The position numbers and the translations under genes were made by a program. 64,000 nucleotides of DNA from an uncultured virus (IMG/VR IMGVR_UViG_3300046387_001331) (lineage: Duplodnaviria; Heunggongvirae; Uroviricota; Caudoviricetes), in the IMG/VR virus record IMGVR_UViG_3300046387_001331; one strand, 5' to 3'. Shown here piece by piece: positions 41,542 to 51,378 of the stretch. A model generated the notes under the pieces. That model saw nothing but the letters and a program-made list of their open reading frames with translations. It was not told the origin of the DNA and ran no database searches. Numbering within the stretch: position 1 is the stretch's first letter; every line of letters begins with the position of its first letter.

Positions 41542-42606
41542 ATGAGATACATGAGAATAGTAAACGAGATAAGATTATCTCAAACGGTGGATGCAAAGCA
41601 CAAAGACTCAATTGAGTTTGTGCAAAAATGGAAAAGAGGTCAAAAGATTCCAAATCCACAATTTCAGAAAATCAAAAGTGATGTATCAAGAGCATTTGAC
41701 ATCGCAACAAATAGCACAAAATTAAAAGGTGCAAATGAATTTACTGTATGGGGATTACAAAAGCAGGACGGAGAACCTGAGGAGTATAAATATTCTTTTC
41801 CAAATAGTGTTCTTCATGTTTCTGGATATCTTAAAAGAACTGCAAAGCAACTTAAACGAACAATTAAAAGTCCCAAAGCAAGCAAGATAGTGAAAGATGC
41901 AATGACTGCGTGTGAACCTTGGGAGCAAATTGCTATTACATTAAAAGCAATGAAAGGTGATGTGGTTAAACGTCAAGTAGGTGCAGGATCAAACAAACCT
42001 ATGATACCAAAGGGTGCTATCAGTAAGGAAATTGAAGAAGAACTTGAAAAAATCGGTAAAGGATTTGAAAAGGAGTTGCAAGAAAACTTTGAAGATTATT
42101 ATGAAATGATCATTGATCAATATCAAAAAGATGCAAAAAAACACGGAGTCACAAGCACTTATGATTTATATAAGTCTCAATCAAATTATCATTTGAATAA
42201 AATATTAAGTAGTTTTCTTGATAGCAAGTATGACCACAACGAACGAGGTGGATATGCTTACACACTTAAATCAGATTACAAAAAGATATTGAAAGATACT
42301 GCTAAACAAAATGCTAAAGAAGGTGTTGAGAAGTTCGTTTACAAAATGAAAATGAAACTTAGTGTAATTGTTGGTGGTCGTGGCATCGGAGTAAATGTTG
42401 ACGGAAATCATAATCGCAATACAATGTCATTTGATTTTGAAGATGGAAGTAGGTTCACGGTTCAGAATTCAATTGTTTTAAGTTATAGTGTTTATGGAAA
42501 ACCTTTTTATCGTTATCCAACCACTTTTCATGATGTAATTTTACCGAATGGTGACAAATTAAGTAAACCATCTGAAGCAAAAATTAAAAAAGAGTTTGCA
42601 AAATAG
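41542..42606 (+). CDS. Hypothetical protein
   Basis: 354-aa Lys-rich ORF; C-terminal SVYGKPFYRYPTTF. Confidence 0.75.
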   Translation: MRYMRIVNEIRLSQTVDAKHKDSIEFVQKWKRGQKIPNPQFQKIKSDVSRAFDIATNSTKLKGANEFTVWGLQKQDGEPEEYKYSFPNSVLHVSGYLKRTAKQLKRTIKSPKASKIVKDAMTACEPWEQIAITLKAMKGDVVKRQVGAGSNKPMIPKGAISKEIEEELEKIGKGFEKELQENFEDYYEMIIDQYQKDAKKHGVTSTYDLYKSQSNYHLNKILSSFLDSKYDHNERGGYAYTLKSDYKKILKDTAKQNAKEGVEKFVYKMKMKLSVIVGGRGIGVNVDGNHNRNTMSFDFEDGSRFTVQNSIVLSYSVYGKPFYRYPTTFHDVILPNGDKLSKPSEAKIKKEFAK

Positions 42607-42641
42607 TCATAATTGTATATATTTAAGGTATTAGATATATC

Positions 42642-44771
42642 ATGAAAACCATAGTTTATGTGCTTTTAGGGCTACTTGTGAGCTTGCCGGTGTGGTCTAA
42701 TGAAACACCGCCGGAAAGAATTAACGCAGAGGAATTACGTGAAATTTCTCAGAAAAGAAAAGTTGTTATTATCATCAACAAAGAAGGAAAACAACTTGAA
42801 GGAAAGGTATTAGAGTATGACGGTGAGTCGGTATTATTTCAACGACAGAAAGATTTACAATTATTTCGTTTTGATTTAACTGGTTTAGCACAACAATCGC
42901 AACGTATGATTAAAGACAATTATATGACTGCGAATTATAATGTTCCAAAATTACAAAGACCACTTCAAGAAAATCAAATCAAGAAGTTCGCTGCATATGC
43001 AGACAATTTGGTGTTGGAAAAACTTCGTAGTGAAAAACAAAGACCAACCCGTGATGTAGATGATTATACTTTTATGCGTAGAGCATATCTTAAAATCATT
43101 GGTCGCATTCCAAATAAAGCAGAAATTGAAGAATTCAAAAAAGAAATGCGTGGAAACAAACTTAAATTAATCAATAAGTTATTGGATAGTGAAGGTTACA
43201 TTAATCATCAGTTAAATTATTATAGTGATATTCTTCGTATTCAGAATAAATTAAATAATACTAATATCAATAGTGGATTTCGTTATCGTGAATGGGTTCG
43301 CAATGAAATTCGTAATAATACTCCGTTTGATGAAATGGTGCAAAAATTAATTGCATCAGAAGGTGCTTATTATGAACCAGGAAGTGAACCAATTGGTTTT
43401 TATTTGCGTGATCGTGGTATGCCATTGGATAATCTTGCAAACACGGTACAAGTGTTTCTTGGAACTCGTTTAGAATGTGCTATGTGTCACGATCATCCAT
43501 TTGATAAATGGACACAAAAGCAGTTTTATGAAATGGCTGCATTTACAGATGGAGTAAGTCGTGTTCAATATCGTGAGAACTCAAAACTCGTTGGAGATTT
43601 CAATCGTATTGTTCGTAACGATAAAACAGAAGATGTTGGAACACTAAATCAATATCGCAATTATATTCGTGACATTATGGGTTATGGATTAAATGATAAT
43701 CTCGGTAAAGGAACAATTAAACTTACAGATGCTTTTATGGAAGATGACGCAAAACCAGGTGACACTCTTCTTGCAAAAGCAATATTTGCTCCACCATTGG
43801 AAATTGAAAAAACTGATACACTTCCACAAAGTCGCAAACAATTTGCAGAATGGATTACATCAGAAGCAAATCCAAGATTTACTACTGTTATTGTAAATCG
43901 TTTATGGAAACGAGCATTTGGAATTGGTTTGATTGAACCGGTTGATGATATGAACGATAATACTCAATCAAGTAATCCTCAGTTACTTGCGTATCTTGAA
44001 AAAATAATGGCATCAGTTGATTATGATGTTAAAGAATTTATGCGAGTATTATATAGTATGGACTTGTTTACACGTGATAGTGTTAAAGATGACCACAAAG
44101 GAGTAGAAACATTTTATTTTGCAGGACCACCACTTCAACGAATGAAAGGTGAGCAAATATGGGATTCACTTGTAACATTGGTATACAACGATATTGATTC
44201 ACCTGATCGTTTTCCGAGCAATTACGATGAAAAGTATCAAGCAGTTTATGATCGTTACAAAGAGTATACTGCTCAAGAAATTTATGATGAACTCAAAGAG
44301 TATCTTGCTAATACAGAAAAACCAAGTCGCAATCTTGCAGAAGTAGTTCAGCAATTAAACGAAGAAGAAGGAAGATACAAATCAAAACAACTTAAAGACA
44401 GAGATTTAATTCGTAGTAGTTATGTAGGTTATCCACCACCCGGTGGGCATCTTATTCGTCAGTTTGGTGGAAGTGACAAAGCACTTATTGAAAACTCAAA
44501 CTTTGAAGCAACTACACCACAAGTATTGAATATGTTGAATGGTTTCGTGGAAAAAAGAATTATCAATAATAAGAATGCTGATTTTATGAAGCAGATGGCA
44601 CAAGAAAATCGTGAAACCGGAAAAATTGAAGACATCTTTATGAGCATTCTTAATCGTAAACCAACTTCAACAGAAATGAAATTACTTAAAAAATATATTG
44701 ACGAACCAAACGGTGCAAAACATATTGCGTGGATTTTAATGAACTCCCACGAATTTATTTTCATTCGTTAA
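42642..44771 (+). CDS. DUF1549/DUF1553-domain protein (PVC-type, secreted)
   Basis: Signal peptide; DDYTFMRRAYLKIIGRIP, FLGTRLECAMCHDHPFDKWTQKQFY, NPRF...VNRLWKRAFGIGLIEPVDD, WILMNSHEFIF. Confidence 0.9.
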   Translation: MKTIVYVLLGLLVSLPVWSNETPPERINAEELREISQKRKVVIIINKEGKQLEGKVLEYDGESVLFQRQKDLQLFRFDLTGLAQQSQRMIKDNYMTANYNVPKLQRPLQENQIKKFAAYADNLVLEKLRSEKQRPTRDVDDYTFMRRAYLKIIGRIPNKAEIEEFKKEMRGNKLKLINKLLDSEGYINHQLNYYSDILRIQNKLNNTNINSGFRYREWVRNEIRNNTPFDEMVQKLIASEGAYYEPGSEPIGFYLRDRGMPLDNLANTVQVFLGTRLECAMCHDHPFDKWTQKQFYEMAAFTDGVSRVQYRENSKLVGDFNRIVRNDKTEDVGTLNQYRNYIRDIMGYGLNDNLGKGTIKLTDAFMEDDAKPGDTLLAKAIFAPPLEIEKTDTLPQSRKQFAEWITSEANPRFTTVIVNRLWKRAFGIGLIEPVDDMNDNTQSSNPQLLAYLEKIMASVDYDVKEFMRVLYSMDLFTRDSVKDDHKGVETFYFAGPPLQRMKGEQIWDSLVTLVYNDIDSPDRFPSNYDEKYQAVYDRYKEYTAQEIYDELKEYLANTEKPSRNLAEVVQQLNEEEGRYKSKQLKDRDLIRSSYVGYPPPGGHLIRQFGGSDKALIENSNFEATTPQVLNMLNGFVEKRIINNKNADFMKQMAQENRETGKIEDIFMSILNRKPTSTEMKLLKKYIDEPNGAKHIAWILMNSHEFIFIR

Positions 44772-44801
44772 TTTTAAAAACTAGAAAAGGAAAAAAATAA
44801 A

Positions 44802-46085
44802 ATGGAAAACCTATTAAAAGACGAACTCTCAAGAAGAGGATTTATCACAGGCATGGCAAAATCTTGTCTTGGTGTTAGTGCAATCTTAGGAGCAGAAGAT
44901 TTACTTGCTTATGAAATACCTGGTAAAACTGCATCTGCTCGTCACGTTATCTTTTTGTATATGGCAGGTGGAATGACTCATATTGATACATTTGATCCTA
45001 AACCTGAAAATAAGGATGTTATGGGTGAAACAACTGCTATCAATACATCTGCTGATGGAGTTCAGTTGGGTAATTGGTTACCAAATACTGCAAAGCAAAT
45101 GCACAATGCGGCTTTGATTCGTAGTTTGACAAGTAATCAAGGAGCACACCAACAAGCAAACTATTTGCTTCATACTTCTTATCAACGTAGAGGAACTATC
45201 AAACATCCTACGTTGGGAAGTTGGGTAAGTCGTTTATCAGGTAAATTGAATCGCACTCTTCCTGCTCACGTTCGTATCAACGGAGGAAGTGATGTATTAG
45301 GTGCGGGATTCTTGGAAAGCAAACATGGACCTCTTCCATTGGGCAATCCAAGTAGTGGAATTCAGAATGTTAAGGCAGCCGGTTATCTTGAGCAATCATT
45401 ATACACACAACGTCTTCATACTGCACAAGAATTTAACAAAATGTTTCTTGGTGAATACTCTCAAAAACAAGTACGTGCGTACACAGACTTATATAACGAT
45501 GCAGTAAAGTTGATGAGCAGTAAAGACCTTGAAGCATTTGATCTTACAAAAGAAACTGAAGCAACCCGTGAACTTTACGGAGAAAATAACTTTGGACAAG
45601 GATGTTTGCTTGCTCGTCGTTTAGTTGAAACTGGTGTTCGTTTTGTTGAAGTTCAACTTGGTGGTTGGGATATGCACAACGGAGTATTTGACGGAATGGC
45701 AACACGTGGTGCAACACTTGACCAAGGATTATCAGCACTTCTTTCTGATCTTGAAAGAACCGGTAAAATAGATGACACTATGGTTGTTGTAGCAAGTGAG
45801 TTCGGAAGAACACCTGAAGTTAAAGCAGGTCGTATCGGACGTGACCACCACCCAACTGCTTTTAGTGCTATGCTTGCTGGTGGAGGAATTAAAGGTGGAA
45901 CTGTTTACGGATTAAGTGACGAAAGAGCACACTATGTAGAAGAAGAAGGTTCATCCGTTGAAGACCTCAATGCTACCATTGCTCATGCTCTTGGTCTTAA
46001 ACTTGAAGAAATACATTACTCACCGAGTGGACGTCCATTCAAGGTAGCACACGATGGTAAGGTTTTGAATAAGATTCTTGTTTAA
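44802..46085 (+). CDS. DUF1501-domain protein with Tat signal
   Basis: LSRRGFI; VIFLYMAGGMTHIDTFDPKP, FGQGCLLARRLVETGVRFVEV, GWDMH, SEFGRTP, GRDHH. Confidence 0.92.
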   Translation: MENLLKDELSRRGFITGMAKSCLGVSAILGAEDLLAYEIPGKTASARHVIFLYMAGGMTHIDTFDPKPENKDVMGETTAINTSADGVQLGNWLPNTAKQMHNAALIRSLTSNQGAHQQANYLLHTSYQRRGTIKHPTLGSWVSRLSGKLNRTLPAHVRINGGSDVLGAGFLESKHGPLPLGNPSSGIQNVKAAGYLEQSLYTQRLHTAQEFNKMFLGEYSQKQVRAYTDLYNDAVKLMSSKDLEAFDLTKETEATRELYGENNFGQGCLLARRLVETGVRFVEVQLGGWDMHNGVFDGMATRGATLDQGLSALLSDLERTGKIDDTMVVVASEFGRTPEVKAGRIGRDHHPTAFSAMLAGGGIKGGTVYGLSDERAHYVEEEGSSVEDLNATIAHALGLKLEEIHYSPSGRPFKVAHDGKVLNKILV

Positions 46086-46090
46086 AACTT

Positions 46091-46744
46091 ATGAAAATAG
46101 ATGCCGTCACGGTTTGTATTGATTTCTCGGACAAACTGAGTCAGGTAATATCAAATAAAAATAAATTACATCGTTGGGTAATTGTTACTCATAGAAGTGA
46201 TGTAAATACACTTGCGTTATGCAAGAAGTATGATTTAGAGTATATTTGTAGTGATCGTGTATTTGATAATGCTTCATTTGCAAAGGGTCGTGCTATAAAT
46301 GATGCATTGAATTTGATAGATTCGGATGATTGGTTATTGCATCTTGATGCTGACCAATTACTTCCTGATAATTTTATTGATGTAATACAATCTGAGTGTT
46401 TAGATAAAACTTTATTGTATGGATGTAAACGAACAAATAAAAAAGGTGATATTTTAGATCAAGGTCAGTTTACTCAAAAATTTGTGGTAAATCCTCGTAA
46501 AATCAAATCAATCAAGAAACGAACAATATTACCAATTGGGTATTTTCAACTTTGGCACTCATCGGTAACCAAGGTTTATCACGAAGAATCCTACACGGGT
46601 GATAAAGATGATTTAACTTTTATGAATCAATGGTTGTCATCCAATAAAACTAAATTATTATCTTTTAAAACAATAGATGTATCAGAAAATCAAGGTCATT
46701 ATAGTGGTCATTTTGTTGGAATTCGTAATTTAAAAGCAAAATAA
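46091..46744 (+). CDS. Glycosyltransferase, GT-A fold (family 2-like)
   Basis: AVTVCIDF, KGRAINDAL, LHLDAD (DxD), IGYFQLW, DDLTF. Confidence 0.85.
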   Translation: MKIDAVTVCIDFSDKLSQVISNKNKLHRWVIVTHRSDVNTLALCKKYDLEYICSDRVFDNASFAKGRAINDALNLIDSDDWLLHLDADQLLPDNFIDVIQSECLDKTLLYGCKRTNKKGDILDQGQFTQKFVVNPRKIKSIKKRTILPIGYFQLWHSSVTKVYHEESYTGDKDDLTFMNQWLSSNKTKLLSFKTIDVSENQGHYSGHFVGIRNLKAK

Positions 46745-46747
46745 TGC

Positions 46748-46776
46748 TTGACTTTTTATAATAATTTTGGTAGTAT
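46748..46776 (+). promoter_or_regulatory. Repeated early-type promoter, copy 10
   Basis: TTGACT-17-TAGTAT; about 60 nt identical to copy 15. Confidence 0.85.
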
Positions 46777-46822
46777 ACTTGTATTGAGAGTGAGAAAGAA
46801 CCAAATTAAAAAAGGAGAAATT

Positions 46823-46993
46823 ATGAGTGAGTTCGTTAAAAAGAGTGATATATTGGCAGAAAAGATTGCTAGAAGAAAAGAAGTTACCAAGGAAATAAAG
46901 GAAATGAGGTCCGTTGGGAATTATGATGGTGCTGAGTTTCTTTTGAATGAATTGAGAAATCTTAATAGAATGATCAAGAATTTCCGCAAGTAA
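46823..46993 (+). CDS. Small helical hypothetical protein
   Basis: RBS AAGGAG, MSEFVK. Confidence 0.65.
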   Translation: MSEFVKKSDILAEKIARRKEVTKEIKEMRSVGNYDGAEFLLNELRNLNRMIKNFRK

Positions 46994-47021
46994 TTGAACC
47001 TGTGATTCGTGAAATTGGTGC

Positions 47022-47050
47022 TTGACTTTTTATAATAATTTTGGTAGTCT
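47022..47050 (+). promoter_or_regulatory. Repeated early-type promoter, copy 11
   Basis: TTGACT-17-TAGTCT. Confidence 0.8.
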
Positions 47051-47086
47051 TTAGGTATAAGATTGAGAAAAACAAAGAGAGAAACT

Positions 47087-47455
47087 ATGAGTGAAACTAA
47101 GTTTGATTTAACTACTCCACGTGGGGTTTATGAGGCAATGAAGCAACGCAAGATTGATCTTCACAACGATGCCAAGGCAACGGCAGAAATCTTTAAAAAG
47201 CATAATTTGTTTGTGCGAGTTGTGTTTCGCAAGCATTATGATCCTTATGTAAGAATTTACGGAAGTGCTTGCAAGCAAGTTCATGGTGATCCCAAGTGGA
47301 TTGATATTGCTAATACTGCAATGCAAGAAGCAATTGCAATGGGATATCAAAACGATGTCTTTTTTGCTCATGGTGGAGAATGTAGCACCGGTATCGGCAA
47401 TAGTCTTCGTTGGAGAAATTGTCAAAGTGGATCATACGCAGAATTACAAAAATAA
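47087..47455 (+). CDS. Hypothetical early protein
   Basis: ATG after gagagaaa leader. Confidence 0.7.
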   Translation: MSETKFDLTTPRGVYEAMKQRKIDLHNDAKATAEIFKKHNLFVRVVFRKHYDPYVRIYGSACKQVHGDPKWIDIANTAMQEAIAMGYQNDVFFAHGGECSTGIGNSLRWRNCQSGSYAELQK

Positions 47456-47460
47456 CAATT

Positions 47461-47697
47461 ATGACACAAGCAGAAATTAGAAACAAAATCAAAGAAGTCG
47501 TTAACGAAAATATTCGTTATGCTGATCCCAAGGATTCTATCAACACAAGTAAGTTTCACGGATGGGAAGCAAAGGAGTTTGCCGGAAAAGAAGGTTACTG
47601 CATTCAATCAGCAGAAGAAGTGCTTGATGATATCATACACGACTTGAAGTCTTTGCAAAGAGAAATTGCTACTTCACTGCCACTTACAACAAATTAA
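47461..47697 (+). CDS. Hypothetical protein
   Basis: ATG 5 nt after the previous stop. Confidence 0.6.
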   Translation: MTQAEIRNKIKEVVNENIRYADPKDSINTSKFHGWEAKEFAGKEGYCIQSAEEVLDDIIHDLKSLQREIATSLPLTTN

Positions 47698-47704
47698 TAA
47701 TATT

Positions 47705-47947
47705 ATGAGTTTAAATCAACATATAGAAGAATGTGCAACGGAAAGTGGAGTTGACCTAGAAGGATACGATTCTTATTCCAATGAACAAAGTATAAAGTAT
47801 AATGGTCACACCATTGAGACCTGTTACAATGAATGCTCAAGTTGGATGTATCCTTGGTCTGCATTTACACGTGGAATAGGAACTATAAACGAAGAAAGTC
47901 GTGAAGATGCAATTCGTGTAATGAAATCAAAAATTGAAGGACTTTAA
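47705..47947 (+). CDS. Hypothetical protein
   Basis: In-frame ATG after the previous stop. Confidence 0.6.
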   Translation: MSLNQHIEECATESGVDLEGYDSYSNEQSIKYNGHTIETCYNECSSWMYPWSAFTRGIGTINEESREDAIRVMKSKIEGL

Positions 47948-48108
47948 TGAAAAGTTTAATAAAACGAATAAAGAACGAGCATCAACTAATAGAAATCACA
48001 AAAGATTTATTTCTTATTAGTATGACTTTATATGGATTTATTGTTTTGATAAATATACTTTATTGCTCACTTGGTATTCAAGAGTGGTCACAGGTATTTT
48101 ACTTTTAA
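47947..48108 (+). CDS. Small single-TM membrane protein, paralog A (53 aa, not in ORF track)
   Basis: TAATG coupling; ...KDLFLISMTLYGFIVLINILYCSLG... Confidence 0.65.
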   Translation: MKSLIKRIKNEHQLIEITKDLFLISMTLYGFIVLINILYCSLGIQEWSQVFYF

Positions 48109-48236
48109 TGAAGGTAATCAGTATATTAAAAGATACTTTATATGTTGCGTTAACATTATACGCAACATTGTTAATAATAAATGCAATATATGTTTTAATT
48201 GGTGAGTTGCCAGTTGAAGATATATTCAAACTATAA
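48108..48236 (+). CDS. Small single-TM membrane protein, paralog B (42 aa, not in ORF track)
   Basis: TAATG coupling; ...KDTLYVALTLYATLLIINAIYVLIG... Confidence 0.65.
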   Translation: MKVISILKDTLYVALTLYATLLIINAIYVLIGELPVEDIFKL

Positions 48237-48400
48237 GAGAGAATGAATAAATATAAAATTAACCACTACTATAATAGGTTAACCAAGAACACATCAAGCA
48301 AATTCATGTTCGCAAGTTTAGTGCGATTTGTTGGTAACAAGAATATCATAGTGTTGTAAATATCCGTTTTATCGTTCTATTGTATATTTATATACATTGA

Positions 48401-48823
48401 ATGGACGAATTATTTGATATAAAGCACGGAATTAGTATTAGAGGTAAAGACTATGGTTTTATAGGAATTACTGAATCTGAAATTGATGAACGTGTTGATG
48501 ATATTTTATCATTTGTAGAATCATATAAAGGATCAGCAGGAGGTACTTTTGGTCAAGAAATGGAGGCCTGCATAGACTTTCCATACGAAAACTTAACCTT
48601 GACTAAATTTACTGACTTTGAAAAAAAATTTAGAGAGAGGTATCCTACTTTTGATGGTCATATTTATCTTCATAACATAAATCATTTCACCGCAGATGAA
48701 AGTAAAATTCTTGACAATCTCGACTATAATGACTTTACAGAACTAGATACGGTTGATGATTATTATGAAAGTGCAAATGATGACGAAGAAGATGATACAT
48801 CAGAAGATTGGAAAAAATCATAA
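48401..48823 (+). CDS. Acidic hypothetical protein
   Basis: 140 aa; ATATTTATA motif upstream. Confidence 0.7.
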   Translation: MDELFDIKHGISIRGKDYGFIGITESEIDERVDDILSFVESYKGSAGGTFGQEMEACIDFPYENLTLTKFTDFEKKFRERYPTFDGHIYLHNINHFTADESKILDNLDYNDFTELDTVDDYYESANDDEEDDTSEDWKKS

Positions 48824-48864
48824 TATTGTTTGACTTATTATAATAATCTGATATATTAGATTAT

Positions 48865-49854
48865 ATGAAACTAGGACTTGTATGTATCTCTGAGCAACTA
48901 AAAAGCATCAACAAAGAAATTGCGTTTCGTACCATGACACGCAAACGATTTAATGATTTAACGAAATTACATGGTCGTGATCATGCAATCCAAGAATTGT
49001 CGGAAAGAATTCTTACAAACATAGAAGTTACAGGTTTAGTTATTGATCATTGTGAATCAAAAGGTATATCACATTATCGTCTTACTTGTGCAGGTTTTCC
49101 TCTTATTACAGACCCTACACTTGATTTAACATACGAGAAACTTCATAACCACGCACAGATTACTGCTGACCTTGAAAAACTTGGAGAACAAGTGCGTAAT
49201 TCATCTGTAAGCATTGGAAGTCATCCTGATCAATTCAATGTACTTGCTTCACTCAACGAAGCATCTGTAATTAAAACCATCGCAGAACTCAACTTTCAAA
49301 CAAGCATCATTGACAAAATGAATATGCCAAAGGACTACACCGTACCTGTTAATATTCATGTTAATGCAAGTCCAAGCAACAAAAAAGCATCTTTAACAGA
49401 GCAAATAGCAGATGTTGGTGATCGTTTTTACAATGGTTTCAGACAATGCAATGATAGTGTGCGTAATCGTTTGACTATAGAAAACGAAGACAAAGGTTTC
49501 TTTAGTGTGCAGAACATATTACTATTTCGTCAGTATCTTATAGACACATACGATGTTGCTATTCCTATTTGCTACGACAATCTACATGATGTATGCAACA
49601 ACACTTGTGACGGTGATGTAGAAACCAACATGAATTTATGCTTGGAAACTTGGCCGGAAGATGTAGAACCCGTGTTTCATTGGTCAGAAGGCAAAGAAGA
49701 TAAAATGCGTAGTCATCGTGATTATTATACCGACAACTTTTTTCCTCCGATGGCAATTCGTCCAATCAAATGGGAATGCGAAGTAAAAGCAAAAGATTAT
49801 GCGATTTGCCAGTTAATTGAGCAACACGAAGCAGAAAATCTGCTTGTTGCTTGA
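48865..49854 (+). CDS. uvsE: UV DNA damage repair endonuclease (UvsE/UVDE)
   Basis: KLGLVCIS, SHPDQFNVLAS, NIHV, RLTIENED, CYDNLH, FHWSE, SHRDY, CEVKAKD. Confidence 0.92.
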   Translation: MKLGLVCISEQLKSINKEIAFRTMTRKRFNDLTKLHGRDHAIQELSERILTNIEVTGLVIDHCESKGISHYRLTCAGFPLITDPTLDLTYEKLHNHAQITADLEKLGEQVRNSSVSIGSHPDQFNVLASLNEASVIKTIAELNFQTSIIDKMNMPKDYTVPVNIHVNASPSNKKASLTEQIADVGDRFYNGFRQCNDSVRNRLTIENEDKGFFSVQNILLFRQYLIDTYDVAIPICYDNLHDVCNNTCDGDVETNMNLCLETWPEDVEPVFHWSEGKEDKMRSHRDYYTDNFFPPMAIRPIKWECEVKAKDYAICQLIEQHEAENLLVA

Positions 49855-49943
49855 TATATCATGCAGAAACACCTATTTGAAAGCAAAAAATAGAAAACTT
49901 CCAAAAAATACTAATTTTGCTTAGTATCATGCAAAGGTTAAGT

Positions 49944-51314
49944 TTAACTTATTTTTAAAAACGGACCTGCACTTTTATACTGCTTTTTTGCTCCAAAGTA
50001 AAGAACTGTGATAAACTTTTTGAATTCTTTACCTGTAAATTGATTGAATATTTTTATCCACTGGAAGCATTGTAATTTTGAACTTAGTTGTGATGCAGTT
50101 CTAGCATTATTTATTTCTTCTTGTATTGCTTGTCGTAGGGTGATTTCCCAATCTGCATTACCGAAGAAAATAGAGTTGCCACCTATTTTTTTATTACTAA
50201 CAGATTTATATTGCTCAATCCAATGTTTAATATCGTTTTCTGTCCACTTTCCCACTTTGGGCAATGAACTTGCCATTATTCGTTTGATTGGTTTACTTGC
50301 TAAATACGGATCAATTGCTTGTGTAAGAGATACCTTTCCTAGTTTAGCAGCCGCACCTGCTTCTGTCATATCCATTTGAGTATTTTCTCTTTGATTTCCA
50401 CTAAATGATCTAATCTGAACGGTTACAGATTTATTTTCAATTCTCAATTTAAACATCAGTTCACCTGTGTTAAATTCTCCACGTGAATTGAGAGATAAGT
50501 CACAATTAATATTTCCTGCGATATCAATGTCATTGATGATAATATCATCAGTATTTCTGATATTAGTTGCTTCGACACTTGCATTTTTTTTATTCAATGC
50601 AATTTTCTTTAAAGAAATCCCAACTAAATGTTTTTTTCTAAACCAAACACGCATTGCTTCATTTAAAATGTCAAGTCTTTCGGGTGGATCACACTTTAGT
50701 TCACTTATTTGTTGAATTTTCTTTTCAATACTAGATGCGTGACTATTCTTTATAGCAAAAATGTCAGCAGGATTCCATGCATCTTTCTTAGATACACCAC
50801 ATTTAGTTTTAGCAATTTTTTCAAGTAAAGGCATAATTCCTTGATCTCTTGAAAATTTGTATCCTTTGCTTGCTAAAAACTTTTTTGATGCAACTGCTTG
50901 TTTGTAAAAAGTTTCATACCACTCATCATCACACTTGTAAATTTTTTTTATTTTAGAAATATGAGGCATACGATTGTTTTCAATAAAATGCTCACATACA
51001 AGACGAGAAGCATTTTCTTGCTTTGCAGTTTCATTTGCATCAGTACCAGTTAATCCAGACCCATCTCCAAATTCAATTGTAATACCTGTAATATTGGCAA
51101 CTTTTTTACATTCAATTCTTATTTGATTTATATTTTTTGTGTCGGATAAAATTCTAGGTATTTTAATTTTGGAGAATGGTGTATTTGGATCAAGAATAAT
51201 GGTTTCTTTGTATTTGTTTTGAATATGTTCAAAAATTTCAGCAACCGGAGCAGAAAACTTTTTATTTTTCTTGATGATTTCATTCTTGCTTTTTGCTCTA
51301 AAATTAAATGCCAT
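49944..51314 (-). CDS. Putative PD-(D/E)xK restriction-like endonuclease
   Basis: Only long minus-strand gene; TAKQE ... WNPADIF ... LVGISLKK fits an E...D...xxK nuclease pattern. Confidence 0.6.
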   Translation of the reverse strand: MAFNFRAKSKNEIIKKNKKFSAPVAEIFEHIQNKYKETIILDPNTPFSKIKIPRILSDTKNINQIRIECKKVANITGITIEFGDGSGLTGTDANETAKQENASRLVCEHFIENNRMPHISKIKKIYKCDDEWYETFYKQAVASKKFLASKGYKFSRDQGIMPLLEKIAKTKCGVSKKDAWNPADIFAIKNSHASSIEKKIQQISELKCDPPERLDILNEAMRVWFRKKHLVGISLKKIALNKKNASVEATNIRNTDDIIINDIDIAGNINCDLSLNSRGEFNTGELMFKLRIENKSVTVQIRSFSGNQRENTQMDMTEAGAAAKLGKVSLTQAIDPYLASKPIKRIMASSLPKVGKWTENDIKHWIEQYKSVSNKKIGGNSIFFGNADWEITLRQAIQEEINNARTASQLSSKLQCFQWIKIFNQFTGKEFKKFITVLYFGAKKQYKSAGPFLKIS

Positions 51315-51343
51315 ATATATAAATATAGATTTAAAGATTTAAC

Positions 51344-51372
51344 TTGACTTTTTATAATAAATTTGGTAGGTT
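51344..51372 (+). promoter_or_regulatory. Repeated early-type promoter, copy 12
   Basis: TTGACT-17-TAGGTT. Confidence 0.8.
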
Positions 51373-51378
51373 ATTTGT

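Noticed and set aside
48243..48359. Possible three-way RNA junction (accaa/ttggt, gaaca/tgttc, tcgca/tgcga)
   Set aside because: Stems are short and the region also reads as a 38-codon ORF with a GAGAG RBS; cannot distinguish from chance.
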